DNA of 64,000 nucleotides from Planctomycetota bacterium (lineage in GTDB: Bacteria > Planctomycetota > SZUA-567 > H5-PLA8): assembly GCA_045863855.1 (NCBI GenBank), contig BTVV01000017.1, forward strand, positions 1 through 64,000, written 5' to 3'. Of this stretch, positions 29,402 through 40,212 are shown in pieces (positions within the stretch are counted from its first letter, which is position 1; each line of letters opens with the position of its first letter). Under the pieces are notes generated by a model. It was not told the DNA's origin and searched no databases. It saw nothing but the letters and a program-made list of their open reading frames with translations. The translations under genes were made by a program, and so were the position numbers.

Positions 29402-31687
29402 CTACCGATTAGGATTTCCGAAACGCATGGCCAGGATCGACTCGGCCACCAGCAACGCCAGGACCGCCAGAATCAGCCAGCGCCAGATTTCTTTGCCGCT
29501 CTTGTGCTTCTTCAAGGCTTCCTGGACCGTTCCGAAGTCCGCACCCAGGAATTCGACTTGCTCGCGCGTCAGTTCGGACTCGAACAGGCGCGCCTGCTCG
29601 GGCTGCTCGCCCTTGGCCGCCGGTATGCGGCTGACGATCTCGGCGTCTTCGATGGTGTCGAGATCGGATTCTTCCTCGACCGATCGATTGGCCGCGAAGT
29701 GAACGTTCTTCAAGCCTTGATCGGTGGGCACTTCGGCGGAGTAAATGCCCGCGCGGCGCGTCGGGCGGCCCAGCGCGCGCTGCGATTCCGTCTCGATGTC
29801 CATGCTCAACGGCTCGCCGTCGGGATCGGACAGCTTGAGTCCCTCGCGGCGGACCAGCCCAAACTGCTCGCGCCTCAGTTTGTAGGCAAACGGCTCTCCG
29901 ACCATCCGATTGCGCGCCTGGTACTCGGGCTGGATCAGGTGCAGCGCCAGCATGTTCACCAGCAAGAGGTAGTGGCTCTTGGTCGGCCAGTTGGTCCAAG
30001 CTTTATCGGCCGTCGTGCCGAAGAGAACAATGCGCCCCTCGCCCAACGACATCTCAACGGCAGCCGGATCGCCGCTGGGGTAGCTGAGCACCGTGCGCAC
30101 GCGGTTCTGATCGGCCTCGGCCTCCTTCGGCAAAAGTTTGAAGCGCCGGTACACGTGCAGGCTCGAGAGCGCCAAATCTTTGTTGTTGTACAGCCGCGCC
30201 AGGGAAGGGTGGTCGATCGCTTTGTCGTCCAGCGCCTCGAATTCGCGCGAATCCGGATCGCCGGTGCCGATCAGGTCGCCCAGCCGGCAAGGCAGCACGC
30301 TCGCGAATTCCTGATTGTACAGCGCCGCATCGACCCGGTAACCCAGCCACCACCACAGCGATCCGCCGCGCCGCACGTACTGTTCGAGCACCGCCACCTT
30401 CTCTTTGGGAATCAGCGCCACATTGCCGAGCACCACCAGCCGGTAGTCGTCCAGATTTACGTCCGGAAACGCACCATCGCTGATAACTTCGGGGCTCAGC
30501 GGTACTTTGCCGGCGTTGAATTCCTGCGCGCGCGAGGGCGATATCGCTTGGCGGAAGAAATCCATCTCGCTCATGTTCGCTTCGCTGCGTTGTTCGCCGT
30601 CGACGCAAAGTACTTTGATCTGGTCCTCCACGTCGAGCGCGAGGAACGCCGTATCGTCAGGCGCCAGGACGTCCGCGTTAAGTTCCACGCGCACGTGATG
30701 CGAGCCCGGTTCCATGAACGTGTGCCGGAACGAAACGGTGCCTGGTTTGGTGGACTCCACCAGCTCGACTTCTTCGCGTCCGGCCTGCTCGCCGTCCACG
30801 TAGAATTGCACCGGCACGCGCCGCGCGGGGTCGGTGCCCAGATTGCGGATCGTAGCGACGAATTGCGTTTCGACGCCCTGCGTGACTACCTTCTCTTCGA
30901 TCTCCAGTCCGGAAACCGCCAAGTTCTCGCTTACGCTGCCTCCCTCCAGCCGCACCACCCAGATCTTGGGCGTCAGCTTCGGGTTGGCGAGGACGTCGGC
31001 GATGTCCTTCTCTTCGGATGCGTCCAGCTTGCGCGGTTGCGCGCCGATTTCCCAGGCGCTGCGCGTGCGGTCGGTGAGCACGATGATTTCCTTGCGCACG
31101 TTCTTGCTGTCGCGATCTTTGATCAGGCCGCAGCCCGCGGCGATCCCGCGCGGGATATGCGTCGTGCCGTCGGAAAGCTTCGCGGCCTTGATGTCACGGA
31201 TGAGTTCCTGATACTTCGTCGCGCTGGCCAGACGCGGATCTTCGGCGGCCGAATTGATCAACAGCAGATCCACTTCGTCGCCGGGGCTGAGGTCTTCCAC
31301 CAGCTTCTCCGCCAGGTCTTTCGCCTTTTGGAACAGCGTCGTCCCGCCGACTTGCAGGCCCATGGAATACGAATTGTCGAGCACGATCACGCGGTGCACC
31401 GAGGCGCGTCCGCCCAGTAAGCCCATGCCTTCTTGAAGCGCCGGACGAGCCAGCGCGAGTGCCAGCAGGATCATGATCAGCACACGGAGCAGCAGTAAAA
31501 TGAGCTGTTCGATGCGCAGGCGGCGGTGCGACTTCTTCATGCTCGCCCACAGCCAGTGCATCGCCGCCCACCACGTGCGCTTGAAGCGCTGCTTGTTCAG
31601 CAGGTGGATGACAATGGGTATCGCGCCTGTGGCCGTACCGGCCAGCAAGGCGGGATTAGAAAAGAAGGCACTTAACCAGGCGAACAT
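29402..31687 (-). CDS. BatA + vWA + Ig-like + GATase-like membrane protein (paralog of 3199..5382)
   Basis: NPALL..PIVIHLLN..W.AM.WL, MIDAS DNSYS, C-terminal EIWRWL TM. Confidence 0.88.
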   Translation of the reverse strand: MFAWLSAFFSNPALLAGTATGAIPIVIHLLNKQRFKRTWWAAMHWLWASMKKSHRRLRIEQLILLLLRVLIMILLALALARPALQEGMGLLGGRASVHRVIVLDNSYSMGLQVGGTTLFQKAKDLAEKLVEDLSPGDEVDLLLINSAAEDPRLASATKYQELIRDIKAAKLSDGTTHIPRGIAAGCGLIKDRDSKNVRKEIIVLTDRTRSAWEIGAQPRKLDASEEKDIADVLANPKLTPKIWVVRLEGGSVSENLAVSGLEIEEKVVTQGVETQFVATIRNLGTDPARRVPVQFYVDGEQAGREEVELVESTKPGTVSFRHTFMEPGSHHVRVELNADVLAPDDTAFLALDVEDQIKVLCVDGEQRSEANMSEMDFFRQAISPSRAQEFNAGKVPLSPEVISDGAFPDVNLDDYRLVVLGNVALIPKEKVAVLEQYVRRGGSLWWWLGYRVDAALYNQEFASVLPCRLGDLIGTGDPDSREFEALDDKAIDHPSLARLYNNKDLALSSLHVYRRFKLLPKEAEADQNRVRTVLSYPSGDPAAVEMSLGEGRIVLFGTTADKAWTNWPTKSHYLLLVNMLALHLIQPEYQARNRMVGEPFAYKLRREQFGLVRREGLKLSDPDGEPLSMDIETESQRALGRPTRRAGIYSAEVPTDQGLKNVHFAANRSVEEESDLDTIEDAEIVSRIPAAKGEQPEQARLFESELTREQVEFLGADFGTVQEALKKHKSGKEIWRWLILAVLALLVAESILAMRFGNPNR

Positions 31688-31719
31688 GATGCGGTTCGAT
31701 TTCCCTTATGCGCCAGTCG

Positions 31720-32643
31720 TCACTTGAACTTGCTGCCCAGGCGGTTCGACAAGTACGCGCTCAGGACCACGTCGAGCGGGTTCTTGGTGTTCACGGGCAC
31801 GTAATCGATCTTGTTGTTGCGGCAGCCGCGTTTCAGCTTCTCGGTAAACGACTCGTACTCCTCCAGGTAGCCCTTGCGCAGCGCGCGCGGGTCGCAGAGC
31901 AGTTCCTGCCAGCCTTCGTAGCCTTCGAAAAGCGTCATGTTCTCGAACGGAAAGCGAATCTCGAAGTCGTCGAGGATCTGGCAGAGAATGACTTCGTGGC
32001 GCTTGTGCCGGAAGTGCTGCATTCCGAAGAGGATCTTTTCGGGATCGTCGAAGAGATCGCTGAGAATGATGACGAGGCCCTTGCGTTTGATGCGTTCGGC
32101 CAGATCGTGAAAAATTGTGCCCACGTCCGTGCGTTGCTCGGGCACGATCTGGGTCAGTTCGTGCAGCAGAAGGCGCAGGTGCGCGGGGCTGCTGCTGGCC
32201 GGGATGAATTTCTTGATCGCATTGTCGAAAAGCACCATGCCGACGCTGTCCTGCTGGCGGATGAGCAGATAAGCGAGCGAGGCCGCAATGTAGCTGGCAT
32301 ACTCCAGCTTGCTGATGTTCCCCGGAGAGGCGTATTTCATGGACTCGCTGGTATCGAGCAGGATGTAGCTGCGGAGGTTCGTCTCTTCTTCATACTGCTT
32401 GATGTACAGGCGGTCGGTCTTGCCGAGCACCTTCCAGTCGAGGTGCTTCAGGTCGTCGCCGGGCGTGTACTCGCGATGCTCCGCGAATTCCACCGAGAAA
32501 CCGTGGTACGGCGATTTGTGCAGGCCCGAGATGTAGCCTTCGACGATCAGCCGCGCCTTGATGTCCAGGTTGCCGATTTTGGTCAGCGTCTTGGGATCGA
32601 GGTACTTGCTGATGTCCGATTTTTGGGGCGTTTCCTGGGCCAT
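31720..32643 (-). CDS. DUF58 family protein
   Basis: G.HKSPYHGFSVEFAEHREY.PGDD.KHLDWK, KQYEEET, DTSESM. Confidence 0.95.
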   Translation of the reverse strand: MAQETPQKSDISKYLDPKTLTKIGNLDIKARLIVEGYISGLHKSPYHGFSVEFAEHREYTPGDDLKHLDWKVLGKTDRLYIKQYEEETNLRSYILLDTSESMKYASPGNISKLEYASYIAASLAYLLIRQQDSVGMVLFDNAIKKFIPASSSPAHLRLLLHELTQIVPEQRTDVGTIFHDLAERIKRKGLVIILSDLFDDPEKILFGMQHFRHKRHEVILCQILDDFEIRFPFENMTLFEGYEGWQELLCDPRALRKGYLEEYESFTEKLKRGCRNNKIDYVPVNTKNPLDVVLSAYLSNRLGSKFK

Positions 32644-32645
32644 GT

Positions 32646-33329
32646 TCAGTACAAGCGCTCCTTCTTGTAGTCTTGCTTGATCTTTCGATGGCGCTCGCGC
32701 AGGTCAGCGGGCAAGGAAGCCTCGACTTTGAGTGTTAATAGTTTCCACTGTATGAGATTCTGTACATGGGTAATGCCTTTGGCCCAAAGACTTGTTAACT
32801 TCATTTTCAGCAGGGCCGGCAAGCTCAAGTAACACACACCGCCAGCATCTAATTCGCGATCTTCATCATTAAGTTCGGGCGTCGGATGTAGGTACTTCGG
32901 CCTGACCTTCTCGCCTGCCCATGTAATACGAAAGCCTTCCGCGAAATGAGTGCCGTGGCGAAGAGGCATGAAGGCGTGCAGTCGCATCGCCTTTCGATAG
33001 CGATAACCCCAAGGCGAGATGGCCTTTGGGGCCGCTTTCAACTCGACTTTTCGCGGCCATATGACAAGGTCTTGCGTGGCTCGCTCGGCAAGCCGGCACG
33101 CAGGTGCCCAATGCGCGCTTAAAGCCAAGCCGCCGACCACGGCATGCGGCACGCCTGCGTTGCCCAACGCTTGGCCTACCGCGAGTGCCTTTTCCTTCGG
33201 TTCCTGCATGCCATCCACTCCAACTTGCAGCAACTCGGCAGGCATAACCTCGACGACATTCGCCGTGGCGCCGTATACCGCATCGGGTTCCCGAACGAAC
33301 GTGCCCGGCCTAGTCTTGAGCTTTACCAT
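32646..33329 (-). CDS. Degenerate nucleotidyltransferase-like protein (possible pseudogene)
   Basis: AGVPHAVVGGLA..RATQD, AGEKVR, L..LLKMKLTS; expected acidic residues missing; A/T-richer codons. Confidence 0.55.
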   Translation of the reverse strand: MVKLKTRPGTFVREPDAVYGATANVVEVMPAELLQVGVDGMQEPKEKALAVGQALGNAGVPHAVVGGLALSAHWAPACRLAERATQDLVIWPRKVELKAAPKAISPWGYRYRKAMRLHAFMPLRHGTHFAEGFRITWAGEKVRPKYLHPTPELNDEDRELDAGGVCYLSLPALLKMKLTSLWAKGITHVQNLIQWKLLTLKVEASLPADLRERHRKIKQDYKKERLY

Positions 33330-33337
33330 GGATTGCC

Positions 33338-34405
33338 TTACGCCTTCGCGCCCGTCACGTCGGCAAGCCGCTCGTCGGAAAGGCTCTCGCTGTCCTGGCG
33401 CGGAACGTGCTTCAGCAGTTCCTGCACAATCTTGTCGGAGGTGATGCCTTCCGCTTCCGCGTTAAAATTGGTGATGATGCGATGGCGCAGCACGGGCAGC
33501 GCCACGGCCGCGATATCCTCGGTGCTCACGTAGTAGCGCCCGTTCAGCACCGCGCGGGCCTTGCCGCCCAAAATCAAATACTGCGTTGCGCGCGGGCCGG
33601 CGCCCCAGGAGACGTTCTGATTGATGAAGTCCGGGGTATCGCCCTTGTTCACGCGCGTAAGGCGCACCAGCTTCATCGCATAGCGAATCACGTGGTCGGC
33701 CACCGGCACGCGCCGCACGATGTCCTGCAACTGCAGGATCACTTCGCGATTCAGCGTCTTACCCACCTGCAGCGACTGCGGCGCCGTTGTCAGCCGCACG
33801 ATCTGAAACTCTTCTTCCTCGCTAGGGTAATCGACGAACACCTTGAACATGAAGCGGTCGAGCTGCGCTTCGGGAAGCGGGTAGGTGCCTTCCTGCTCGA
33901 TCGGATTCTGCGTCGCGAGTACGAAGAACGGAGGCTCCAGGCTGCGGCGCGTTCCGCCGGTCGTGACTTTGTGTTCCTGCATCGCTTCCAGCAGCGCCGC
34001 CTGCGTCTTGGGCGGCGTGCGGTTGATTTCGTCCGCCAGAATCACGTTCGCGAAAATGGGGCCGGGGAGGAACTTGAACGTACGCTCGCCCGAGGACTTG
34101 TCTTCCTGAATCACTTCCGTGCCCGTGATGTCCGAAGGCATCAGGTCGGGCGTGAACTGAATGCGGTTGAACTTCAGCGAGAGCGCATCGGCCAGGGTGC
34201 TGATCATCAGCGTCTTGGCCAGCCCCGGCACGCCTTCCAGCATGCAGTGGCCTCGGGCAAAGATCGCGATCAGCAACTCGTCGATCACGTTTTCTTGACC
34301 GACGATGACCTTGCTTAGTTCGACCTTGATCGAACGGTAGGCCTCGTTGAGCTGCTTGACGGCCTGAAGATCGCTTTCGGACATCTGGTTCTGCGCGTCG
34401 GCCAT
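33338..34405 (-). CDS. moxR: MoxR family AAA+ ATPase
   Basis: [60 protein letters not shown]. Confidence 0.96.
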   Translation of the reverse strand: MADAQNQMSESDLQAVKQLNEAYRSIKVELSKVIVGQENVIDELLIAIFARGHCMLEGVPGLAKTLMISTLADALSLKFNRIQFTPDLMPSDITGTEVIQEDKSSGERTFKFLPGPIFANVILADEINRTPPKTQAALLEAMQEHKVTTGGTRRSLEPPFFVLATQNPIEQEGTYPLPEAQLDRFMFKVFVDYPSEEEEFQIVRLTTAPQSLQVGKTLNREVILQLQDIVRRVPVADHVIRYAMKLVRLTRVNKGDTPDFINQNVSWGAGPRATQYLILGGKARAVLNGRYYVSTEDIAAVALPVLRHRIITNFNAEAEGITSDKIVQELLKHVPRQDSESLSDERLADVTGAKA

Positions 34406-34513
34406 GAACGGACTCCTTGGTTGGTAGATCGGTTTCCTGTCAGGTGTACGGCGCTCCGTGGGCGCGCGGGATCTCGAAGGTCGAGTCCGCTTCCTCGCAC
34501 TTTACTGCACAAG

Positions 34514-37500
34514 TTACGGCTGCGCGGTCAACTGCCCCTGCGCGTACTGACCCGGGTACTTCGGGTTCCAGATGCCTGGACTGGGCGCGATGCCTTTTTC
34601 GACATTCTCGCCTTTGTCCAAGTCGTTGACCATGAAGGTAAAGCCGAACGCCTTGCCCGTTTCGGGCTTCAACTCCAAATAGGCCAGCGGCAATGCAATC
34701 TCGTAGACGGTTCGCTTGGCCGCTTCGTCCCGCACGACTTTGGCCGAAACGTCCAGCGGTTTCATCACGTATTTGCTCTTTTCGACCCAGCGCCACGCCA
34801 GCAACTGGCCTTGCGCGTTCAACCCGAAACCCAGCTCGAAGTCCAGGCCCTGGTAGCCCATCTCCTTGTCCTGCTCCATGTCGAAGGCCAGTTGCAGACT
34901 ATCGCCGTTCCAGAGGTTGCCGGCCTGATCGTTGGCGTTGGCATGCAGGTCGTCGGTGACGGAAACGGCCAAGTACAGATGCTGGTCGTCGAATCCGCCG
35001 CGGAATTCCACCGCTTGATCCGCCGAACCGTTCCAAAGACCGGGCTTGAGTTCCTCGCGCCGGTCGTCTTCGCCGGCCAAATACACCTCGCGCCAGGATT
35101 TAAGCTCAACAGGCGCTACGCCGGCCCAATCGCCCAAAGCGCCGTCGATCTGCGGAGCCGCCTTCAGCCGCTGGAAGGGGAGGGAGCGCTTCGATTTGAG
35201 CGCGCTTTCCTTGCGGATGTGGCTGAAGCGCTCGAAGACCGAACCGAACGTGGCTTCCGGCAGGTCCGGCAGCGCCAAGACGGATTCCAAGGTGGCCAGC
35301 GCTTCGGCCGGCTTATCGAGCTGGTACTGCAACAGCGCCAATTGGGAAAGCGTTTCCGGATCCTTGGGATTCGCCCGCGCCTTGGCGGCCAGTTCGTCGA
35401 GCTTTGCTTGGCTGCGTTCGGCATCGACCGATACGTAGCCCTTAAGGTCGCGGCCGTCCCCGACGACGACGCCGCCGTCGAAGGGAATCAGCGCGAAATT
35501 GCGCTGCGAGCCCAGCGAAGTGACCCACGTAAGCTTGCCGTTGCCGCGATGCGCCAGACCCGCCGCGGAAACCATGCGCGCCTGCGGGTCGAAGGTGCTT
35601 TGAGCGATCAGGAGATGCCCGCGGAAGAGATTGCCCGAAGCGGAAATAGGCGTACCCGCGGTAGGTTGCTTCCAGCGCAGTTTTCCGCCGCTGGCCATGA
35701 ACGCAACGGCCTGCCCGCGCTGGTTATTGCCGCGCGTGGCCAGGAAGACGTCTTCGCCGTCCACGATCAGGCCCGCGAAGGATTCGCCGCCCATCTCCGT
35801 CGTTTTCCAGCGCAGCAGTTTGTCGCCTTGCGTCGCGTTGGGGTCCAGGGCGACCAGCATCAGGTCCTTTCGCGCCGCCACAAGCAGATCGTAATTGGCG
35901 TACAGCTCGACGATTTCCTGCTCGACCGCGTACTCCCAGAGCAGCTTGCCGCTGTTGGCGTCAAAGGCCCGGACCTTATGGTCAGACGCCGCGGTGAAGA
36001 TGGTTTCGCCGAGTGCGATCGGCGGCTGGACGAGGTTCTCGTCGAGCTTCAGTTCGAAGCGCCGCAGGCCCGTTTCGAGATCCAGCACCGGAATCAGCGC
36101 GGGTTTGACATTGGCGCGGCCGATGGCCACGTACCCGTCGCCCAATGCCGGCGGATCCAGGATCGCGGCCGATCCCGTGTTCAGGTGCCACATCTCCTGG
36201 CCGGTGTTCGCTTCCAGGACCGTCACACGGCCGCCACGCTGCGCCAGGACCACGCGTTGGTCGGCTACCGCGACGCCCGCCAGATCGCCGCCGCCGGTTT
36301 CTTCGTTTGGGAATAACTTGAAACGCCATGCTTCGGCGCCATTCTTTTGCGCATCGAAGGCCGCGACTTCGGCCTTCCCGGCAACGATCAGCAGTCTGTC
36401 ACTCCAGAAGCAGTGCTGTTGCGCGCGATTGAAGCCGCCGGGCACCGTGGGCGCGGGCTTCCAGGCGTCCTGCCCGGTTTGGCCGTCGCGAGCGATCAAC
36501 TTATTGCCTTCCTCGATGCAGAAGATCAAGCGGCCTTGGCTGGATGGAATCGATCCACGCGGCAGCAGCGGCACGACATTGTTGCCGGCTTGCAACGACC
36601 ACATTTCCTTAAGCTGTCCTTGCCCGGCATCGCGCAGGGACGTCGAGGCGGGCTTGGCGAACTGGGGCTGCGTCAGACGCGCCTGAGCCCACGTACCCGC
36701 GGGCTGAGCGGCCTGGCCGTCGAGTTTCAGTTCTTTAGCGGCCCAAGGCTCTTTGGCCAGTTTGCGCAGCGTGCTTCGCGCGGCGCCGAGCATCTCCGCA
36801 CTCTCGTAGGCCAGCGCCAGGCGCGCCTGCGCCTCGGTAGCGCGGGCGCCTTCGCGGAAGCCCACCAGATAGCGCCGGTAGTACGTGCGCGCTTTGTCCG
36901 ATTGCCCGACCTTCGTATGCCGCTCGGCCAACGCCATCAGCGTATCGCCGTAGGCTTCGCTGTTGGGGAATTGGCGCGCCACCTTTTCCAGGGATTCGAC
37001 GCCCTGAGCTTGCAAGGCCTGGTCGAACGCCTGCCGGGCGAGCTTCTCCAACTCCGCCACTGCGGCCGGCGACTCTTCCTTGATCTGTCCGATCCGCCGC
37101 TGGGCATACACCGATGCTTTGCTCGCGCTCGCCGCGCCGAAACCGTATACCGTGTCGCCGTACTCGGTCAGAAGACGATGGAAGAGCAACACCGCCGCCG
37201 GTGCGTCGTCGAGCGCCAGCCGGGCTTCCGCCATGCGCCAAAGGGCGCGGACCGGCTGGTCGGGCGTCTGCGCGTTCTTCAGCGCCGCATCGTACATCTC
37301 GTAGGCCATTTTGGGGTCGGGCTGCTGCTGGCTCATCAGCTTCTCGCCCGCGGCATGGTAGGCTTCGAACTTGCGCGCTTTCAATTCGGTGGCGAGGGTC
37401 TTGACCTTGGGGTCGCCTTCCTGCTTGACCGCCGCTTCCAAGCCCGCGTTAAAGGCGGCGATCGCCTTTTCGTAGGCCTCACCGCGCATGCGTACGTCGC

Positions 37501-39892
37501 CCAATTCGAGGTAATGACTCAGATCGTTGGGCTCGGCCTGGATGCGCGCCTCGATCTTCTTCTCGACTTCTTCCAGCACGAAGAAGGCGTTGATATGCGT
37601 GGATGAGATGCTGAATAGCACGTCGCCGGCGATGAACAGATTGCCCGCTTCGACGTTGTCCTTGCCGCCGTCCTTCCACTTGTGGATCGAAACGAGTTTG
37701 CCGATCGGCTTTCCGCTTTCGGGATGCAGTTTGGCGTTGATGCGCAGGATGCCTTGGTCGGTGCTGACGTACGCTTCGTCGCTGGTGACGCAGCCCCGGC
37801 CGATCAGTTCGTAGGTGTCGCGCAGCGGTACGCGGACTTCGCGCCTTCCGCCCTTGGCCTCGATGAACAGCACGTCCCGGCCGCTTACGATCAGCCGCCC
37901 ATTCGCCACGCCCAAAATATGCTTAAGCCGTTCGGCATCGCCCGGCGCGCCCAACCCCGCGTCGCTGACGCGCTCGGTTTGCCAGACCCGCCGCCCGGTC
38001 TGCGGATCGAGCCCATACATGAACATGGAGTCTTGCGGCGTGACCACCAGCACGTCGTCGACCATCAGCGGTGGATTGGGACCCCAGAAGTCCTGCGCAT
38101 TGGACATCTGCATTCCGCGCATGTTCTGGTCGGCCGTCGCAACGCGGTCGTAGACGCGAATCCAGCGCACTTGCCCCGTGGCCGCATCCAGCGCCGCCGC
38201 CGCGCCAAAGTTCGTCACGCAGTAGACCGATCCGCCGGCAACGGCGACCGGCAATCCGGGAGCGGGTTGCACCGGACCGCCGAAGAAGGCCTGCGCGCCG
38301 CTGCAGATCAACGTCTTCCACAGGATGCGGCCGCTGCCCGCATCCAGGCAGATGCCCCAGGATTCCTTGGACGCGCCCGTTCCGCCGTTGGCCAGCACGT
38401 AAAGGGAGCCGTCCGCATACGTCGGCGAAGAACAAAAACGGATGCCCTTCAGCCATTCCTGGTCTTCCTTTCCGTTAATGCGGAAGTCAGGATCGGTCCC
38501 AGGTTCGAGTGACCAGCGCAGGCTGCCCGATTCGATGCCCAGCGTACCGCCCTTTTTCTTACCGACGCAGACGATCCAGTTCGGCTTGGACGGCTGCTGA
38601 TTTCCGCCCCAGAACTGCGGCATTTGGACCGGTTCGGGCGGACCCTGGACCACGTAGAGATGTTCACCGCCCAGCGTGCAGAAAAGCGGATACTGGGTCA
38701 GAGCGCCACGATTCTGTCCGCGGGCATTGGTCTGGCCTGCCGGCGCCACCACTTGGCCTTGGGGCGGATACAGGAACTGCGGGCGGTCGGGGTTGGGGTT
38801 GTTTACTGAATGGCAGGCGACGACCTGCTCGCCGCAGATGAAAAACCAGCCGCCCCGCGCCACCAAATGGTGATCGAGCATGCGCACGCGATGCGCTTCG
38901 CCCTGCCAGGATTGGATCTCCTGCAACCCGTCGTCTTTGGTGCCCGCTGGCGCGCCTAAAAGGCGCACGAGCGGCTCGCTCCACTTCAGCACGCCGATAT
39001 CGGACTTCGCCGGCACCAAGCGGTTATGCTCTGCGTTACCGAAATAGGTTTCCAGGCCTGACCCTTCGGCGGCCTGCGGCGTCACCGCTTCGGGTTCGAC
39101 CTGCAAACGTTTGGCAAGGTCGGCCAGCGCGGCCTCGCCTTCGGCGTGCCCGATGCGCAACGTTCCATTCTTAGGATCCTGCGCCGCGGTCCGCAGGCTT
39201 TCCAGCGTGGACTTTGCCTGATCCGCCAATCCCGCGCCGACTTGGGAGAGGAAGAGGCGCGCCAGCACCGCCACCTTGGGTACGCTCGGCTCGGGATGCT
39301 TCTCGATCTGCTGCAATCGCACCAGCGCCTGGCGGTGCGCGCCGCGGTCGTACGCCACCTCGCCCAGCCACATCAACGCATCGTCGCCCAGCGAACTGCT
39401 GAAGTAGCTCTGCGCGACCTGTTCGGCTTGGCGCTCGTCGAGCCGCTCCTGCGCTTCGTTCAACAGTCCGCGTGCGGCGGTATCGTTCATGACGAGGTAC
39501 ACACGCCGCCCGCCTTCCGGCAGGCTGGCCAGTTCCTCGTTAATCTTTTCGGCGGTGGACCGGTATACGCCCAAGCCCCAAGCGCGGGCTTTCTCTTCGC
39601 CATCGCCTTGCCAGCGGTACAGGTAAACAGTGGTGGGAAACTTCTGCAGGATATCGGCATACGCGCGCACACAAGTGGGCCAGTCTTCGGCCTCGCGAGC
39701 CTTACGCGCTTTTTTGAGCAGCCGTTTAACCTCTTCTTCTTCGTTCAGGAGCACATTGTGCTCTGGTCCTTCGGGTTTGGGCTCCTCGGCCGGCGGTTTG
39801 GGTTCGACATCGCCTTCGGCGCGAACCCCGCGCTGCGAACTCCAAGCACCCAGTGCTAAGAGGAAAGCCCAGGAGATCCGTCCTAAGCGCAT
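34514..39892 (-). CDS. Large exported protein: TPR + PQQ-like beta-propellers + C-terminal CBM9/DOMON-like domain
   Basis: GGAGG RBS before ATG 39892; signal peptide; repeated LD..TG...W motifs; TPR-like helices; APQIDG.L.DW, D..HLYLAV.V.DD, GDSLQL, YEIALP. Confidence 0.85.
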   Translation of the reverse strand: MRLGRISWAFLLALGAWSSQRGVRAEGDVEPKPPAEEPKPEGPEHNVLLNEEEEVKRLLKKARKAREAEDWPTCVRAYADILQKFPTTVYLYRWQGDGEEKARAWGLGVYRSTAEKINEELASLPEGGRRVYLVMNDTAARGLLNEAQERLDERQAEQVAQSYFSSSLGDDALMWLGEVAYDRGAHRQALVRLQQIEKHPEPSVPKVAVLARLFLSQVGAGLADQAKSTLESLRTAAQDPKNGTLRIGHAEGEAALADLAKRLQVEPEAVTPQAAEGSGLETYFGNAEHNRLVPAKSDIGVLKWSEPLVRLLGAPAGTKDDGLQEIQSWQGEAHRVRMLDHHLVARGGWFFICGEQVVACHSVNNPNPDRPQFLYPPQGQVVAPAGQTNARGQNRGALTQYPLFCTLGGEHLYVVQGPPEPVQMPQFWGGNQQPSKPNWIVCVGKKKGGTLGIESGSLRWSLEPGTDPDFRINGKEDQEWLKGIRFCSSPTYADGSLYVLANGGTGASKESWGICLDAGSGRILWKTLICSGAQAFFGGPVQPAPGLPVAVAGGSVYCVTNFGAAAALDAATGQVRWIRVYDRVATADQNMRGMQMSNAQDFWGPNPPLMVDDVLVVTPQDSMFMYGLDPQTGRRVWQTERVSDAGLGAPGDAERLKHILGVANGRLIVSGRDVLFIEAKGGRREVRVPLRDTYELIGRGCVTSDEAYVSTDQGILRINAKLHPESGKPIGKLVSIHKWKDGGKDNVEAGNLFIAGDVLFSISSTHINAFFVLEEVEKKIEARIQAEPNDLSHYLELGDVRMRGEAYEKAIAAFNAGLEAAVKQEGDPKVKTLATELKARKFEAYHAAGEKLMSQQQPDPKMAYEMYDAALKNAQTPDQPVRALWRMAEARLALDDAPAAVLLFHRLLTEYGDTVYGFGAASASKASVYAQRRIGQIKEESPAAVAELEKLARQAFDQALQAQGVESLEKVARQFPNSEAYGDTLMALAERHTKVGQSDKARTYYRRYLVGFREGARATEAQARLALAYESAEMLGAARSTLRKLAKEPWAAKELKLDGQAAQPAGTWAQARLTQPQFAKPASTSLRDAGQGQLKEMWSLQAGNNVVPLLPRGSIPSSQGRLIFCIEEGNKLIARDGQTGQDAWKPAPTVPGGFNRAQQHCFWSDRLLIVAGKAEVAAFDAQKNGAEAWRFKLFPNEETGGGDLAGVAVADQRVVLAQRGGRVTVLEANTGQEMWHLNTGSAAILDPPALGDGYVAIGRANVKPALIPVLDLETGLRRFELKLDENLVQPPIALGETIFTAASDHKVRAFDANSGKLLWEYAVEQEIVELYANYDLLVAARKDLMLVALDPNATQGDKLLRWKTTEMGGESFAGLIVDGEDVFLATRGNNQRGQAVAFMASGGKLRWKQPTAGTPISASGNLFRGHLLIAQSTFDPQARMVSAAGLAHRGNGKLTWVTSLGSQRNFALIPFDGGVVVGDGRDLKGYVSVDAERSQAKLDELAAKARANPKDPETLSQLALLQYQLDKPAEALATLESVLALPDLPEATFGSVFERFSHIRKESALKSKRSLPFQRLKAAPQIDGALGDWAGVAPVELKSWREVYLAGEDDRREELKPGLWNGSADQAVEFRGGFDDQHLYLAVSVTDDLHANANDQAGNLWNGDSLQLAFDMEQDKEMGYQGLDFELGFGLNAQGQLLAWRWVEKSKYVMKPLDVSAKVVRDEAAKRTVYEIALPLAYLELKPETGKAFGFTFMVNDLDKGENVEKGIAPSPGIWNPKYPGQYAQGQLTAQP

Positions 39893-40212
39893 GCACGACC
39901 TCCAAGAGCGGAGCGAGGATTCCCATTCAGGCAAGCAAACAAGGGCGCCAACAAGTAATGGACGCACGAGGGAGCGCTTCTGGCCCTCTTTTCAACCTAT
40001 ATCTCGAACCTTCGTCACGACATGAACAGAGCGCCTGGATTTTGGCCCTGCTCTAAACCTTTTGCAAACCCATAACGCATCCCAAGCGGTCCGGTTCCCT
40101 GTTTTTACGCGGCTATTACCGATCCGCAGACATGGGCGCACGAATATTGATGCGCAAAGTGGCCGTGGAATCGGCGTTAGAGGTATTTTAAAAAGAGGCG
40201 GGCCAAGCTATC

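Noticed and set aside
39893..40212. Functional link between moxR operon 2 and divergent ispA-dxs
   Set aside because: Adjacency only; no prenyltransferase-repeat gene or shared motif seen
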